Source: Solirubrobacterales bacterium (GTDB lineage Bacteria > Actinomycetota > Thermoleophilia > Solirubrobacterales > 70-9). From it: a stretch of 64,000 nucleotides of DNA. The stretch covers positions 26,093 through 90,092 of the forward strand of contig DASUPK010000050.1 in NCBI GenBank assembly GCA_036276255.1, written 5' to 3'. Shown here piece by piece: positions 53,648 to 63,884 of the stretch. The notes beneath the pieces are model-generated. The model was not told where the DNA came from. It saw only the letters and a program-made list of their open reading frames with translations, and did no database searches. Positions within the stretch are counted from its first letter, which is position 1, and the number at the start of each line of letters is the position of its first letter. The position numbers were made by a program, and so were the translations under genes.

Positions 53648-54676
53648 TTGGCTGAGCCCGTCGCGCTCGATGCTTATGGGGCGGACGGTGGACCCGAGCT
53701 CGTCCTGGAGGGCGCGAGAATCGCCGCCGCCGATGGGATCCCGGTTCGCATCTTCGGCCCCTCATCGCTCGAGCCGCCGGCCGGGGTCGACCTGGATCCG
53801 ACGACCGACTGGATCGGCAACGAGGCCGAGCCGGTCGCCGCGGTGAGATCGAAGCCCCACGCCTCGGTCGTACGCGGTGCCGCCGCGGTCGCCGACGGGC
53901 TGTGCAGCTCCCTGGTCAGCGCCGGATCGACAGGCGCGACGATGACGGCCGCGCTCTTCGCCCTGAAGCGGGCCCAGGGAGTTCATCGTCCCGCGCTCGC
54001 GGCCCAGATCCCGGTTCCGAGCGCCGACGGGCCGCCCCTCGTCTTCCTGGACGCCGGGGCCAACACCGACGTCCGGCCTCAACACCTGATCCAATTCGCG
54101 TTCCTCGGTTCGGCCTTCTGTCGGGCCGTCCTCGGCGTGGAGGACCCCCGAGTCGCGCTTCTGTCCGTGGGCGAGGAGCAGAAGAAGGGCCGCGCCGACG
54201 TCGTCGAGGCCCACGAGTCGCTGACCGGCGCGGGTGGCATCCGTTTCATCGGGAACGTCGAGGGCCGCGACCTGTTTTCGGGAGAGGCCGACGTGATCGT
54301 CACCGACGGCTTCACCGGCAACGTCACGCTGAAGACAATCGAGGGCACGGCGCGTGCCGTCGCCGATGCGGTCCGGGCCGCCGCCCGCTCCGGCCCGATG
54401 GCGTCGGCCGGGGGGCTGCTGCTGCGCCCGGCCCTCGGCGGCCTGCGCCGGAGCATGGACCCGAACTCAATCGGCGGCGCGATCCTGCTCGGGCTGCGGG
54501 GGGTGGCCGTGGTCGCGCACGGCAGCTCCACCCCGGTGGGCATCGCGAACGCGGTTCGCCTCGCCGACCGTGCGGTGCGGGAACGAGCGGTGGACCGCAC
54601 TGGAGAGTTGCTCGCTGCCGCGGGCGCGACCAGGGACGCATTGCGTGAGAGCCCCTCCGAGACAGCTGAGCGATAA
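53648..54676 (+). CDS. plsX: phosphate acyltransferase
   Basis: 342 aa. LDAGANTD, VVTDGFTGNVTLKTIEG. Confidence 0.93.
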   Translation: MAEPVALDAYGADGGPELVLEGARIAAADGIPVRIFGPSSLEPPAGVDLDPTTDWIGNEAEPVAAVRSKPHASVVRGAAAVADGLCSSLVSAGSTGATMTAALFALKRAQGVHRPALAAQIPVPSADGPPLVFLDAGANTDVRPQHLIQFAFLGSAFCRAVLGVEDPRVALLSVGEEQKKGRADVVEAHESLTGAGGIRFIGNVEGRDLFSGEADVIVTDGFTGNVTLKTIEGTARAVADAVRAAARSGPMASAGGLLLRPALGGLRRSMDPNSIGGAILLGLRGVAVVAHGSSTPVGIANAVRLADRAVRERAVDRTGELLAAAGATRDALRESPSETAER

Positions 54677-54690
54677 GGGATAATCAGGAC

Positions 54691-54939
54691 ATGGAACGTG
54701 AAGAGGTGATGTCGCTGGTCCGGAACCACCTGAGCACCGAGCTCGAGGTGGCCCCGGAGAAGATCCAGCCCGAGACCAGGTTCCGGGAGGATCTCGACGC
54801 CGACTCGCTCGACCTGTACGAACTCGTCATGGAGCTCGAGGACCGCTACGCGATCCGGGTCAGCGAGGAGGAGGCGGCGGAGATCGAGACCGTGGGCGAC
54901 GCTGTCGACTTCGTCTGCGCCCGCGTGCTGGCCACGTAG
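54691..54939 (+). CDS. acpP: acyl carrier protein
   Basis: 82 aa. DLDADSLDLYELVMELED contains the phosphopantetheine serine motif. Confidence 0.93.
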   Translation: MEREEVMSLVRNHLSTELEVAPEKIQPETRFREDLDADSLDLYELVMELEDRYAIRVSEEEAAEIETVGDAVDFVCARVLAT

Positions 54940-54965
54940 ATCCGGAGGAGCAGCGAGCTGATCCG

Positions 54966-55646
54966 ATGACACCTGGAACCGCCCAGCTGGCGGAGCTGTT
55001 CGCGGATACCCCCGAAGAGCTGCACCGGCAGGCATTCTCTCACTCATCCTGGGTCGAGAAGCGCACCGACAGCTACGGCCGGCTCGCGTTCCTCGGGGAC
55101 AGCGTCCTCGGGCTCTCGGTCGCGACGCTCCTCTTCGAGGAGCATCCCGACGCCGACATCGGCGAGCTCACCAAGATCCTCAATCAGGCGGTCAGCGGGC
55201 GCGCCTGCGCCGAGGTCGCCCGTCGGCTCGAGCTGCCGCGGCTGCTCGCGGAGGAGGCTCCGGACGGGGGCGATGGCCTGCCGGTGGACACGCTGCTCGC
55301 GTCGGAGCGAACTCTGGCCTCCGTCTGCGAGGCCGTGATCGGCGCGGCCTATCTGGCCCACGGCTTCGAGCGCACCTCGGCGGCGGTGGTGGAGGCCTTC
55401 GGCGAGGAGATCGAGCAGGCCACCCGCGAGCGCATGGACTACAAGTCCGAGCTCCAGGAGCGTCTCGCCCGGGACGGCGACACCGTCGACTACGAGGTCG
55501 CCAGCGAGGCTGGGCCGCCGCACGATCGCCGCTTCGAGATCCGTGCGACCGTCGCCGGGGATGAGGTGGGCGTCGGCTCCGGCAGGAGCAAGAAGGCGGC
55601 CGAGCAGGCCGCCGCCCGCCGTGCCCTGGAGCGCCTGCCCGGCTGA
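54966..55646 (+). CDS. rnc: ribonuclease III
   Basis: 226 aa. RLAFLGDSVLGL signature and C-terminal dsRBD (GSGRSKKAAEQAAA). Confidence 0.93.
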   Translation: MTPGTAQLAELFADTPEELHRQAFSHSSWVEKRTDSYGRLAFLGDSVLGLSVATLLFEEHPDADIGELTKILNQAVSGRACAEVARRLELPRLLAEEAPDGGDGLPVDTLLASERTLASVCEAVIGAAYLAHGFERTSAAVVEAFGEEIEQATRERMDYKSELQERLARDGDTVDYEVASEAGPPHDRRFEIRATVAGDEVGVGSGRSKKAAEQAAARRALERLPG

Positions 55647-55700
55647 CGTCCGAGCCAGGCGCGACGCTTCGGTTCGCTCCCTGCGACCCTTGCGAGAGAG

Positions 55701-58700
55701 ATGTATCTGAAGGCCATCAACCTGAAGGGCTTCAAGTCCTTCCCCGACCGCACCCGGCTCACCTTCTCGCCGGGCGTCAGCGTGATCGTGGGCCCGAACG
55801 GCTCGGGCAAGTCGAACATCACCGACGCGGTGTTATGGGCACTGGGCGAGCAGAGTCCCTCCGCGGTCCGCGGCCATCAGATGCGCGACGTGATCTTCGC
55901 CGGCGGCAAAGGCCAGTCGCCTCGCCGCTTCGCCGAGGTCGAGGTGGTGATCGACAACTCCGAGGGCCGCGCCGCGAGCGAGTTCTCCGAGATCTCGATC
56001 TCGCGGCGGATCGAGCGCAACGGCGACGGTGAGTACCGCCTGAACGGTGCCCGTTGCCGCCTCACGGACGTGGTCGAGGCCCTATCGGACACGAACATGG
56101 GCCGGGAGGCTCACTCGGTGATCAGTCAGGGCAAGGTCGAGGCGATCGTCAGCTCGAAGCCCCGTGACCGGCGCCTGCTGATCGAGGAGGCGGCCGGCCT
56201 CGGCAAGCACCGCAAGCGCCGCCACAGCGCGCAGCTCAAGCTGGACCGCACGCGCGACAACCTGGAGCGGGCGATGGACGTGGAGCGGGAAGCCCGCTCG
56301 CGCCTCCGGCCGCTCAAGCGGCAGGCCGAGGCGGCGGAGCGCACCGCCAAGCTCCTGCGCCAGACGAACGAGCTTCGCGCGCGGATCGTCGCCGACGACC
56401 TCCGCGCGCAGCAGGAGCAGCTCACCGCGGCCGAGACGGAGCTCGCGAAGGTGCGAGCCACGCGGGACTCCGTCGAGAAGCGCTTCGAGGAGGTCCGGGC
56501 GCGCCGCACCGCGATCGAGGAGCGGATCGCGGCCGGCGAGGAGGGCCGACGCCGCCAGGGCGAGACCCTGGCCGAGGCCCGGGCGGCCACCGAGCGCGTC
56601 CGCGCCCGCGCCGAGGCCCTCGAGGTGGCCGAGCGCGACCTGCGCGGCGCCCTGGGCGAGCGGCAGCTTCGCCTCGACGCCCTCGACGAGGAGCCCGAGG
56701 ACGCCACCGGTGCGGCGCGTGTCGCCGAGCTCGAGGCCGAGCTGGCCAAGCTCGGGGAGGACGCGTCGGAGGAAGGCGAGCGCCTGCGCGGCGAGGCCGG
56801 GGAGGCCGAGCAGAGGCGCGCCGCCGCCAAGGCCGCCCTCGAGCCGCTGGAGCGGGCCGAGGAGGAGATCTCCGCGGTGCTCCACCGCGCGACGCAGATG
56901 CACGAGATGGCGCGGACCGAGGCGCAGAAGGCCTCCGAGCGGCGAGCCGCGCTGGCGGGCGAGCTCGCGGCGGTCGAGGCGAAGCTGGCCGCCGCCGCGG
57001 TCGAGGGCGAGCACGAGGCCCTCGCGGGGATGCTGGAGGCCGGCTCAGGACTGGAGCGGGCGGTATCGGCTGTCCTTGGGGAGCGGCTGCGGGCCTCCAT
57101 CGTCGGCTCCGTCGACGAGGGGCGCGAGCGGCTGGCCGCCGCCGAGGGCGCTGCGCGCGCACTGATCTCCTCCGGCCCGACCAATCCGACTTCATCGGCG
57201 CCGAAGGACGGCGCCCGCCGCCTGCTCGACCTGATCGAGGCACACGGAGAGGCCGCGCCGATCACCGAGCGCCTGCTGGCCGATGCCTGGCTCGTGGACG
57301 ACTTCGACGAGCTTGCGGAGGGGTTCGCCGGCGTGGCCGTCACGGTGGACGGCGAGTGCTACGACGCCGCCGCCGGCGAGATCCGGCGACTGCCCCGGGA
57401 GGGGACCGATCCCGCCCTGGCCGCGCGCTCCGAGCGCGAGGAGCTCGCCTCGCGGCTCGCCCAGCGCGAGCAGACGGAGGAGCGAGCCAGGCGGGACCTG
57501 GAGCGGACGGAGTCGGCGCTGGCCGAGGCCCGCGGGCGCGAGGAGGAATCCCAGAAGGGCATCCGGGACGCCCGTCGGGCTCTCGACCAGGCCGCGGAGG
57601 AGGCGAGTCGCACCGGTTGGCTCGCGGAGCGCCACGCCGAGCGCGAGGGGGAGGGCTCGGGCACCGCGATCCAGCGCGCCAAGCTCGAGGCCGAGCTGGC
57701 CGCCGAGCGTCGCCACGCCGAGGGTGCCGAACGTGCCCGCGAGAAGCGCCAGGTGGACCGCGAGGAGCTCGAGCGGCGCATCGCCCTCGAGCAGCGGACC
57801 CTGCCGGCGCTGGGCCGGGCCCGGGACGCACTGCGCCGCGTGGCCGAGCGGCTCGAGGCCCGCGCCGCGAAGCTCGCCGAGACCGAGGGAGAGGACGGAG
57901 GCGATGTGGCCGCCGAGCTGCGCGAGTGCTCACAGCAGGAGTTCGGCCTGCAGGCAGAGCTCCGGGAGGCGAGCGAGGCGATGACCGTCGCGGAGGTCGA
58001 GGCCACGCAGCTGCGCGGGCATCACGACGAGAGCACCGCGGAGCTGCAACGCCTCGGCGCTGCTCTGAGCGAGGAGCTGGGCGCCGCCGCCGAGCCGCTC
58101 ACCGGCGAGGAGCGCGAGACGATCGAGACCAAGCTCGCCAGGCTCGATCGCAACCGCGAGCAGATCGGCCCGGTGAATCCGCTGGCGGAGCGCGAGTACG
58201 GAGAGGCGCGCGAGCACGTCACGGAGCTGGCCGAGCAGCGCAAGGACCTGGAGAAGGCGATCACCGAGTTGCGGGCTCTGGTCCGCCGCACGGACAGGGA
58301 AATCGCTGCCGCCTTCGAGGAGACGTTCGAGGCGACCGCTCGAGGCTTCGAGGAGATGGTTGCCGAGCTCTTCCCGGGCGGCAAGGGGCGCCTGCGCCGG
58401 GTGGATGTGGGGCCGCGGCCGTTCGCCGGGCAGGCTCCGGAGGGCGAGGGGGACGCCCCGGCCGACCCGGACGAGGAGATCCTCCCGCCCGACGACGACG
58501 GGGGCGTCGAGATCGAGGTGACTCCGGCGGGCAAGTCCACGCGCCGCCTCTCGCTGCTGTCCGGCGGCGAGAAGTCGCTGGTCGCGCTCGCCTTCGTCTT
58601 CGCTGTGCTGATGGCCCGGCCGTGCCCCTTCTACATTCTCGACGAGGTCGAGGCTGCCCTCGACGACATCAACATCGACCGCTTCCTGCGCCTGGTCCGC

Positions 58701-58895
58701 CGGTTCGCCGAGCGCTCGCAGTTCATCGTCGTCACCCACCAGAAGCGGACGATGGACGCCGCCGACATCCTCTACGGGGTCAGCATGGGCGGCGACGGGA
58801 TCACCAAGGTCGTCTCGCGCAAGCTGCCGCGCGACGAGCTCGAGACGCTGCCGGGCGGCCCCGAGGCAGCGGACGCGGCAGCCGAAGCCGCCTAG
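55701..58895 (+). CDS. smc: chromosome segregation protein SMC
   Basis: 1064 aa. GPNGSGKSN Walker A, long E/A/R coiled coils, LSGGEKSL signature, FYILDEVEAALD Walker B. Confidence 0.93.
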   Translation: MYLKAINLKGFKSFPDRTRLTFSPGVSVIVGPNGSGKSNITDAVLWALGEQSPSAVRGHQMRDVIFAGGKGQSPRRFAEVEVVIDNSEGRAASEFSEISISRRIERNGDGEYRLNGARCRLTDVVEALSDTNMGREAHSVISQGKVEAIVSSKPRDRRLLIEEAAGLGKHRKRRHSAQLKLDRTRDNLERAMDVEREARSRLRPLKRQAEAAERTAKLLRQTNELRARIVADDLRAQQEQLTAAETELAKVRATRDSVEKRFEEVRARRTAIEERIAAGEEGRRRQGETLAEARAATERVRARAEALEVAERDLRGALGERQLRLDALDEEPEDATGAARVAELEAELAKLGEDASEEGERLRGEAGEAEQRRAAAKAALEPLERAEEEISAVLHRATQMHEMARTEAQKASERRAALAGELAAVEAKLAAAAVEGEHEALAGMLEAGSGLERAVSAVLGERLRASIVGSVDEGRERLAAAEGAARALISSGPTNPTSSAPKDGARRLLDLIEAHGEAAPITERLLADAWLVDDFDELAEGFAGVAVTVDGECYDAAAGEIRRLPREGTDPALAARSEREELASRLAQREQTEERARRDLERTESALAEARGREEESQKGIRDARRALDQAAEEASRTGWLAERHAEREGEGSGTAIQRAKLEAELAAERRHAEGAERAREKRQVDREELERRIALEQRTLPALGRARDALRRVAERLEARAAKLAETEGEDGGDVAAELRECSQQEFGLQAELREASEAMTVAEVEATQLRGHHDESTAELQRLGAALSEELGAAAEPLTGEERETIETKLARLDRNREQIGPVNPLAEREYGEAREHVTELAEQRKDLEKAITELRALVRRTDREIAAAFEETFEATARGFEEMVAELFPGGKGRLRRVDVGPRPFAGQAPEGEGDAPADPDEEILPPDDDGGVEIEVTPAGKSTRRLSLLSGGEKSLVALAFVFAVLMARPCPFYILDEVEAALDDINIDRFLRLVRRFAERSQFIVVTHQKRTMDAADILYGVSMGGDGITKVVSRKLPRDELETLPGGPEAADAAAEAA

Positions 58896-58906
58896 CGTTT
58901 CCCGTC

Positions 58907-59659
58907 TTGCCTCCGTGCGTCTTGATCACGATTCCGATCAGCCACTACTGCGAGAAGGCTCGCTGGGCTCTGGATCGCACGGGCGCCAGGTATCGAGAGC
59001 AGGCGCACCTGCAGCTCATCCACCGGCTCGCTGTGCGAAGAGCAGGGGGTGGGACGACCGTTCCGGTGCTGGTGTGCGGCGATCGGGTGCTGGCCGACTC
59101 GGCCGACATCGTTGATGAGGCCAATGCCAATGCGCCGCAGGGTCAGCGGCTTTACCCGGACGACCCCGGCGCGGTCGCGGAGGTTCGAGCCCTGGAACGC
59201 GACTTCGACGCCAATCTGGGACCCCACGGACGACGGTGGATGTACAACGAAATGCGCGGACGTCGCGATCTCGCGGTTGCATACGCCTGCACCGGCGTCC
59301 CAACCTGGGAGCGTCGGGCGCTGCCGCTGGCCTATCCCGCGGTCACACGGATGATCGATCGGATTCTTGACATCTCGGCGACCACCGCAGCGCAGTCTGA
59401 GGCCCAGGTGCGGGTCGTCTTCGACTCGGTCGCAAGACGGCTTGGCGACGACCGCCCGTATCTGTGCGGCGATCGGTTCACCGCCGCCGACCTGACGTTC
59501 GCCGCGCTGGCGGCATCCGTCTTGATGCCGCCCGAGTACGGGGTGCCCCTGCCGCAACCCGAGGAGTTGCCCGTGGCGATGGCGGCGGTCGTGCGGGAGT
59601 TTCGCGAGCACCCGGCGGGTGCGCACGCGCTCGCCATGTACCGCGACGAACGGCGCTGA
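58907..59659 (+). CDS. glutathione S-transferase-like protein
   Basis: In-frame TTG 58907 (or 58922) in the tail of spurious ORF 57356..59659. IPISHYCEKARWALDRTG...VPVLVCGD. Paralog of the ORF at 42825. Confidence 0.7.
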   Translation: MPPCVLITIPISHYCEKARWALDRTGARYREQAHLQLIHRLAVRRAGGGTTVPVLVCGDRVLADSADIVDEANANAPQGQRLYPDDPGAVAEVRALERDFDANLGPHGRRWMYNEMRGRRDLAVAYACTGVPTWERRALPLAYPAVTRMIDRILDISATTAAQSEAQVRVVFDSVARRLGDDRPYLCGDRFTAADLTFAALAASVLMPPEYGVPLPQPEELPVAMAAVVREFREHPAGAHALAMYRDERR

Positions 59660-59699
59660 AGAGAGGGCGGCGGGCGGGCCCGGGGTACAGTCCGCCGCC

Positions 59700-60692
59700 A
59701 TGGCGACGAGTTGGCAGGAGGCCTTCGACCTCGGCGACCGAGAGGTCCCGCCCCTCACAGATCAGGAAGAGCGCACCGGCGTCTTTCGTCGTCTGCGCGA
59801 GGGGTTGACCCGCAGTCGCCAGGCGCTGACCGCCGAGCTCTCCTCCAGCTTCACGGAGCGGATCGACGACGAGACCTGGGAGCACATCGAGGAGGCGCTG
59901 ATCCTTGCCGACGTCGGTGCGCCGACCACGGCTGCGGTCGTGCGGCGCCTCGAGGACGAGGTGGAGGCGGGAGAGCTGACCGGCGGCGAGGCGCTGCGCG
60001 AGCGGCTGATCGCGCTGTTGGCCGAGACCGCGTCGCCAGGCGGGGAGGAGGCCGCGAAGATCCACCTGCCCGACCGGCCCTCCGTCCTGATGGTGGTCGG
60101 CGTGAACGGCACCGGCAAGACGACGACGATCGGGAAGATCGCCTGGCACCTGCAGAAGGAGCTGGGGCTCGACGTGATCGTCGCGGCGGCGGACACCTAC
60201 CGGGCCGCGGCGGTCAACCAGCTGCAGGAATGGGCCGATCGCGCCGGAACGCAGATTGTGCGCGGCACCGAGGGTGGCGACCCGGGTGCGGTCGCCTATG
60301 ACGGTGTCGCCGCGGCGCAGGCGCGCAATGCCGACGTGGTGATCTGCGACACGGCGGGGCGCCTGCACACCCACGGCAACCTGATGGAGGAGCTGGCGAA
60401 GGTGCGACGCGTGATCACCAAGCAGCTCCCCGAGGCGCCACACGAGACGTTGGTGGTGATCGATGCCACCACCGGGCAGAACGGCGTCCGCCAGGCTCGG
60501 GAGTTCGCCAAGACGGTCGAGGTGACCGGCGCGGTCCTGACCAAGCTCGACGGCAGCGCCAAGGGCGGGGTCGCTCTGGCGATCGCCTCGGAGCTCGGCA
60601 TCCCCGTCAAGCTGATCGGGATCGGCGAGGCCCTCGAGGACCTGCGTCCGTTCGACGCCGAGGAGTTCGCCCGGGCGCTGCTCACGGAGTAG
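59700..60692 (+). CDS. ftsY: signal recognition particle-docking protein FtsY
   Basis: ATG 59700 within ORF 59619..60692. GVNGTGKTTT, DTAGRL, TKLDGSAKGG. Confidence 0.93.
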   Translation: MATSWQEAFDLGDREVPPLTDQEERTGVFRRLREGLTRSRQALTAELSSSFTERIDDETWEHIEEALILADVGAPTTAAVVRRLEDEVEAGELTGGEALRERLIALLAETASPGGEEAAKIHLPDRPSVLMVVGVNGTGKTTTIGKIAWHLQKELGLDVIVAAADTYRAAAVNQLQEWADRAGTQIVRGTEGGDPGAVAYDGVAAAQARNADVVICDTAGRLHTHGNLMEELAKVRRVITKQLPEAPHETLVVIDATTGQNGVRQAREFAKTVEVTGAVLTKLDGSAKGGVALAIASELGIPVKLIGIGEALEDLRPFDAEEFARALLTE

Positions 60693-60740
60693 CAACGAAA
60701 CGACCGGCGGCGGCCGCCCCCGCTGCCAGACTTCCGGACG

Positions 60741-61685
60741 GTGGGAGAGGGAGCGAATAGGGGCCCGATCGCGATGATCGCCGCGGCGCTCTGCGCGGCC
60801 GCTCTCGCCCTGCCCGCCACGGCGAGCGCAGCCTCGGGAGCGGACCTGAGCCCGCAGGCGCTCTTCGCGGGCACCACCCTCTCGCTCAAGAAGGGCAGTG
60901 CTCCGCGCATCCTCGGCCGCGTGGTGCTCGCCGGGAAGGTTCAGGTTCCCTGGGTCAACCAGACGGTGAGCCTCGCCGTCCGGCGGGAGGGGAGGCTGGT
61001 CGTCTCGCGAACGGTCCCGGTCAACCCGGAGAACGGCCGGTTCCACGCTTCGTTCCGGCTCAAGGGCTGCTGCGACTACGTCGCCCAGGCGATCCACAAC
61101 ACCGACGCCTCGGCCCCGATCGGCCTCGACGTGCACGCGCCGCGAGTGCTCAGACCTGGGCGTGAGGCCCTGCTCTTCAACCGCCTGCTCGCCGGCGCCG
61201 GGTACCACATGGGCGACATCTCGGACCGCTTCGACGAGAGCACGGGGCTGGCGGTCCTCGCGATGCGGAAGGTCAACGACCTGCCCCGGACCGAGGACTA
61301 CGACCCCCGCCTCTTCGAGATGCTGCTGCGCGGCCGTGGGGCGTTCGAACCGGTCCACGACCAGCCGGGCCGCTACGTCGAGGTCGACCTCTCCCGCCAG
61401 GTGATGGCCCTGATCGAGGACGGCAAGCCCGCCGACGTCTTCCACGTCTCGACCGGCGCCTTCGGCACGCCGACCGGGACCTACAGCTTCTATGAGAAGT
61501 CCCCCGGCTACAACCAGAAGGGCATGTACTACTCCGTCTACTACTCGGGCAACTACGCGACGCACGGCTACTACACCGTTCCTAACTATCCGGCCAGCCA
61601 CGGCTGCGTGAGGAACCCGGAGGTCTACTCCGTCTTCATCTACGACTGGATCTCGCTGGGGGACCCGATCTACATCTACGAATAA
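60741..61685 (+). CDS. L,D-transpeptidase (YkuD domain) with peptidoglycan-binding domain, secreted
   Basis: 314 aa. Signal peptide, PG_binding_1-like segment, catalytic HGY...SHGCVR. ATG 60774 is an alternative start. Confidence 0.85.
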   Translation: MGEGANRGPIAMIAAALCAAALALPATASAASGADLSPQALFAGTTLSLKKGSAPRILGRVVLAGKVQVPWVNQTVSLAVRREGRLVVSRTVPVNPENGRFHASFRLKGCCDYVAQAIHNTDASAPIGLDVHAPRVLRPGREALLFNRLLAGAGYHMGDISDRFDESTGLAVLAMRKVNDLPRTEDYDPRLFEMLLRGRGAFEPVHDQPGRYVEVDLSRQVMALIEDGKPADVFHVSTGAFGTPTGTYSFYEKSPGYNQKGMYYSVYYSGNYATHGYYTVPNYPASHGCVRNPEVYSVFIYDWISLGDPIYIYE

Positions 61686-61690
61686 CCGAT

Positions 61691-61724
61691 GCGCGCGGCC
61701 CAGGGGCCGAGCCTGACCGCGCGC
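61691..61724. terminator. perfect 8-bp GC hairpin between convergent genes
   Basis: GCGCGCGG (61691-61698) pairs with CCGCGCGC (61717-61724). Lies between the ldt stop (61685) and the stop of the minus-strand ORF (61745). No U-tract. Confidence 0.4.
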
Positions 61725-61744
61725 CTCGATCGCTGTCCTAGCCG

Positions 61745-62326
61745 CTAGAACGCGAGCAGCGAGAAGGTCCGGTTGTCGACCACGTTGCCCCCGGCGTTGT
61801 GGACGATCACTTGGAACACGTTCTCTCCCGGGATCGGCGACGGATCCGCGAGCACATAGTTGACGTAGCCATCGGCGCCGACCATCGTCGCCTGCGCAGA
61901 CCCGGAGGCGTCCGGACCGCTGTTGCCCGCGAAGCGGACGAAGTACTGGCCCTGGGCGAGCCGCTCGAGCTGCACCGAGCTCGTCGTGTTGCCGGGCCGG
62001 AAGCAGTTGAAGCCCGGCACGTCGGTGAAGTTCGTGTTGCTGGCGCCTGTCGTGTTGACGACTACGGTCGCCTTGATCCCACCGGCGCTGCAGAAGCGCT
62101 GGAAGCCGGGGGCGGGCGTCCCCCCGAACTTCGCCGCGTTCCCCGCGCTCGCCACGTTCAGCCCCTGGGCCTGCTTCGAGATCTCCTGATCCGCGATCGC
62201 CCGGACCTTCCTCTTGTCCTTGCCCTTGAGCGCGGCGTAGCCGACGCCCCCCAGGGCGACGAACAGGGCCACGCAGGCAACGATCAGCGCAGGGCTGGGC
62301 AGCAGCCCTCGAACGAGCTTCCTCAT
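61745..62326 (-). CDS. secreted/membrane-anchored hypothetical protein
   Basis: 193 aa. ATG is preceded by AGAGAGGAA. N-terminal anchor ALIVACVALFVALGGVGYAALKGKDKRKV, then a Gly/Asn/Thr-rich domain. High GC3. Confidence 0.6.
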   Translation of the reverse strand: MRKLVRGLLPSPALIVACVALFVALGGVGYAALKGKDKRKVRAIADQEISKQAQGLNVASAGNAAKFGGTPAPGFQRFCSAGGIKATVVVNTTGASNTNFTDVPGFNCFRPGNTTSSVQLERLAQGQYFVRFAGNSGPDASGSAQATMVGADGYVNYVLADPSPIPGENVFQVIVHNAGGNVVDNRTFSLLAF

Positions 62327-62530
62327 CGTGTTCCTCTCTTCGTGATCCGGCGGGCGCCGGCCTCGGTTGCGCGGAGAAACCCTCCGACAACCGAGCGCCG
62401 ACGCCCAGCCATCCCCCTGGGATCCCCCTGACTTTGTTCTGTCTACGGGGGAAGAGGCCGTGGGGTTTGGCCAAAGGTGGAGATCGGAGTTGTCCGCCTC
62501 GGCAGAGGCGCCGCTCTAAGCTGGAACGCT

Positions 62531-63862
62531 ATGTTCGACCAGCTTTCAGACCGCCTGCAGGGCGTGCTCTCAGACGTTCGCTCGCGGGGCAAACTGTCTC
62601 CTGACGACGTGGACAACGCCCTCCGTGAGGTCCGCCTCGCGCTGCTCGAGGCGGACGTCAACTTCAAGGTGGTCAAGGACTTCACGGCCGCCCTGCGGGA
62701 GCGCCTCGCCGGCGAGGAGATCTCCGAGGCTCTCAACCCAGGCCAGACCGTGATCAAGGCTGTCAACGACGAGCTCACCGCCCTGATGGGCGGCGCCGGC
62801 CGCGACCTCGTCTTCGCTCCCAGCGGGCCCACCGTGATCCTGATGAGCGGCCTGCAGGGCTCGGGCAAGACCACCGCCACCGCCAAGCTGGCAAAGCTCT
62901 TGGGCAAGGGGAACAAGGACGTGGCCGTCGCCGCTGCCGACCTGCAGCGCCCGGCCGCGGTCGAGCAGCTCGAGAAGCTCGGCGCGCAGGCGAACGCTCA
63001 CGTCTACTCCATCCCCGGCGAGACCGACGCCGTCAAGGTCGCGAAGTGGGCCCGCGAGCAGGCGGTCGAGGAGAACCGCGACGTGCTGATCGTCGACACC
63101 GCGGGGCGCCTGCATGTCGACCAGGACCTGATGGACGAGCTGGCGGAGGTGCGCAAGGTCACCAAGCCGCACGACGTGCTGCTGGTGGTCGACGCGATGA
63201 CCGGTCAGGACGCGGTCAACGTGGCCGAGAGCTTCGCCGAGGTCGCCGACTTCGACGGGGTCGTGATCACCAAGCTCGATGGCGATGCCCGCGGCGGCGC
63301 CGCGCTGTCGGTCCGGGCGGTCACCGGCAAGCCGATCATGTACGGCTCGACCGGCGAGAAGCTCGACGAGCTCGAGCGCTTCCACCCCGACCGGATGGCC
63401 GGCCGGATCCTCGGCATGGGCGACGTCATGTCGCTGATCGAGAAGACGCAGGGCGAGTTCGACGAGGACCAGGCGGCCGACCTCGAGCGCAAGATCCGCA
63501 AGCAGCAGTTCACGCTGGACGACTTCCTGACCCAGATGAAGCAGGTCCGCCGCATGGGCCCCCTCGGCAACCTGATGAAGATGATGCCCGGGATGGGGAA
63601 GGCCATGCAGGGCATGGGCCAGGTCGATGAGCGCGAGCTGGACCGACTGGAGGCCATCATCCAGTCGATGACGCCCCACGAGCGGGCGCACCCCGCCGAG
63701 ATCAACGGCTCCCGCCGCAAGCGAATCGCAACCGGCTCCGGCACCACCGTCCAGGCCGTCAACCGCCTGGTCAAGCAGTTCGGCCAGATGAACAAGATGA
63801 TGAAGCAGCTCTCCGAGGGCAAGATGCCGGACCCCGCCGCCTTGATGCGCAACATGCGATGA
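62531..63862 (+). CDS. ffh: signal recognition particle protein Ffh
   Basis: ATG 62531 within ORF 62477..63862. [25 protein letters not shown], Met-rich M domain. Confidence 0.95.
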   Translation: MFDQLSDRLQGVLSDVRSRGKLSPDDVDNALREVRLALLEADVNFKVVKDFTAALRERLAGEEISEALNPGQTVIKAVNDELTALMGGAGRDLVFAPSGPTVILMSGLQGSGKTTATAKLAKLLGKGNKDVAVAAADLQRPAAVEQLEKLGAQANAHVYSIPGETDAVKVAKWAREQAVEENRDVLIVDTAGRLHVDQDLMDELAEVRKVTKPHDVLLVVDAMTGQDAVNVAESFAEVADFDGVVITKLDGDARGGAALSVRAVTGKPIMYGSTGEKLDELERFHPDRMAGRILGMGDVMSLIEKTQGEFDEDQAADLERKIRKQQFTLDDFLTQMKQVRRMGPLGNLMKMMPGMGKAMQGMGQVDERELDRLEAIIQSMTPHERAHPAEINGSRRKRIATGSGTTVQAVNRLVKQFGQMNKMMKQLSEGKMPDPAALMRNMR

Positions 63863-63884
63863 ACCCTCTAACCTCCGCCGCCGC

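Noticed and set aside
61724-61747. TAGCGGCTAGGACAGCGATCG… after the stop of the 61745 gene (minus strand) as another repeat-family copy.
   Set aside because: Only the first ~11 nt resemble the family 5' end. The 3' GGCGAAGCC module is absent. I kept it only as a hairpin/terminator feature.
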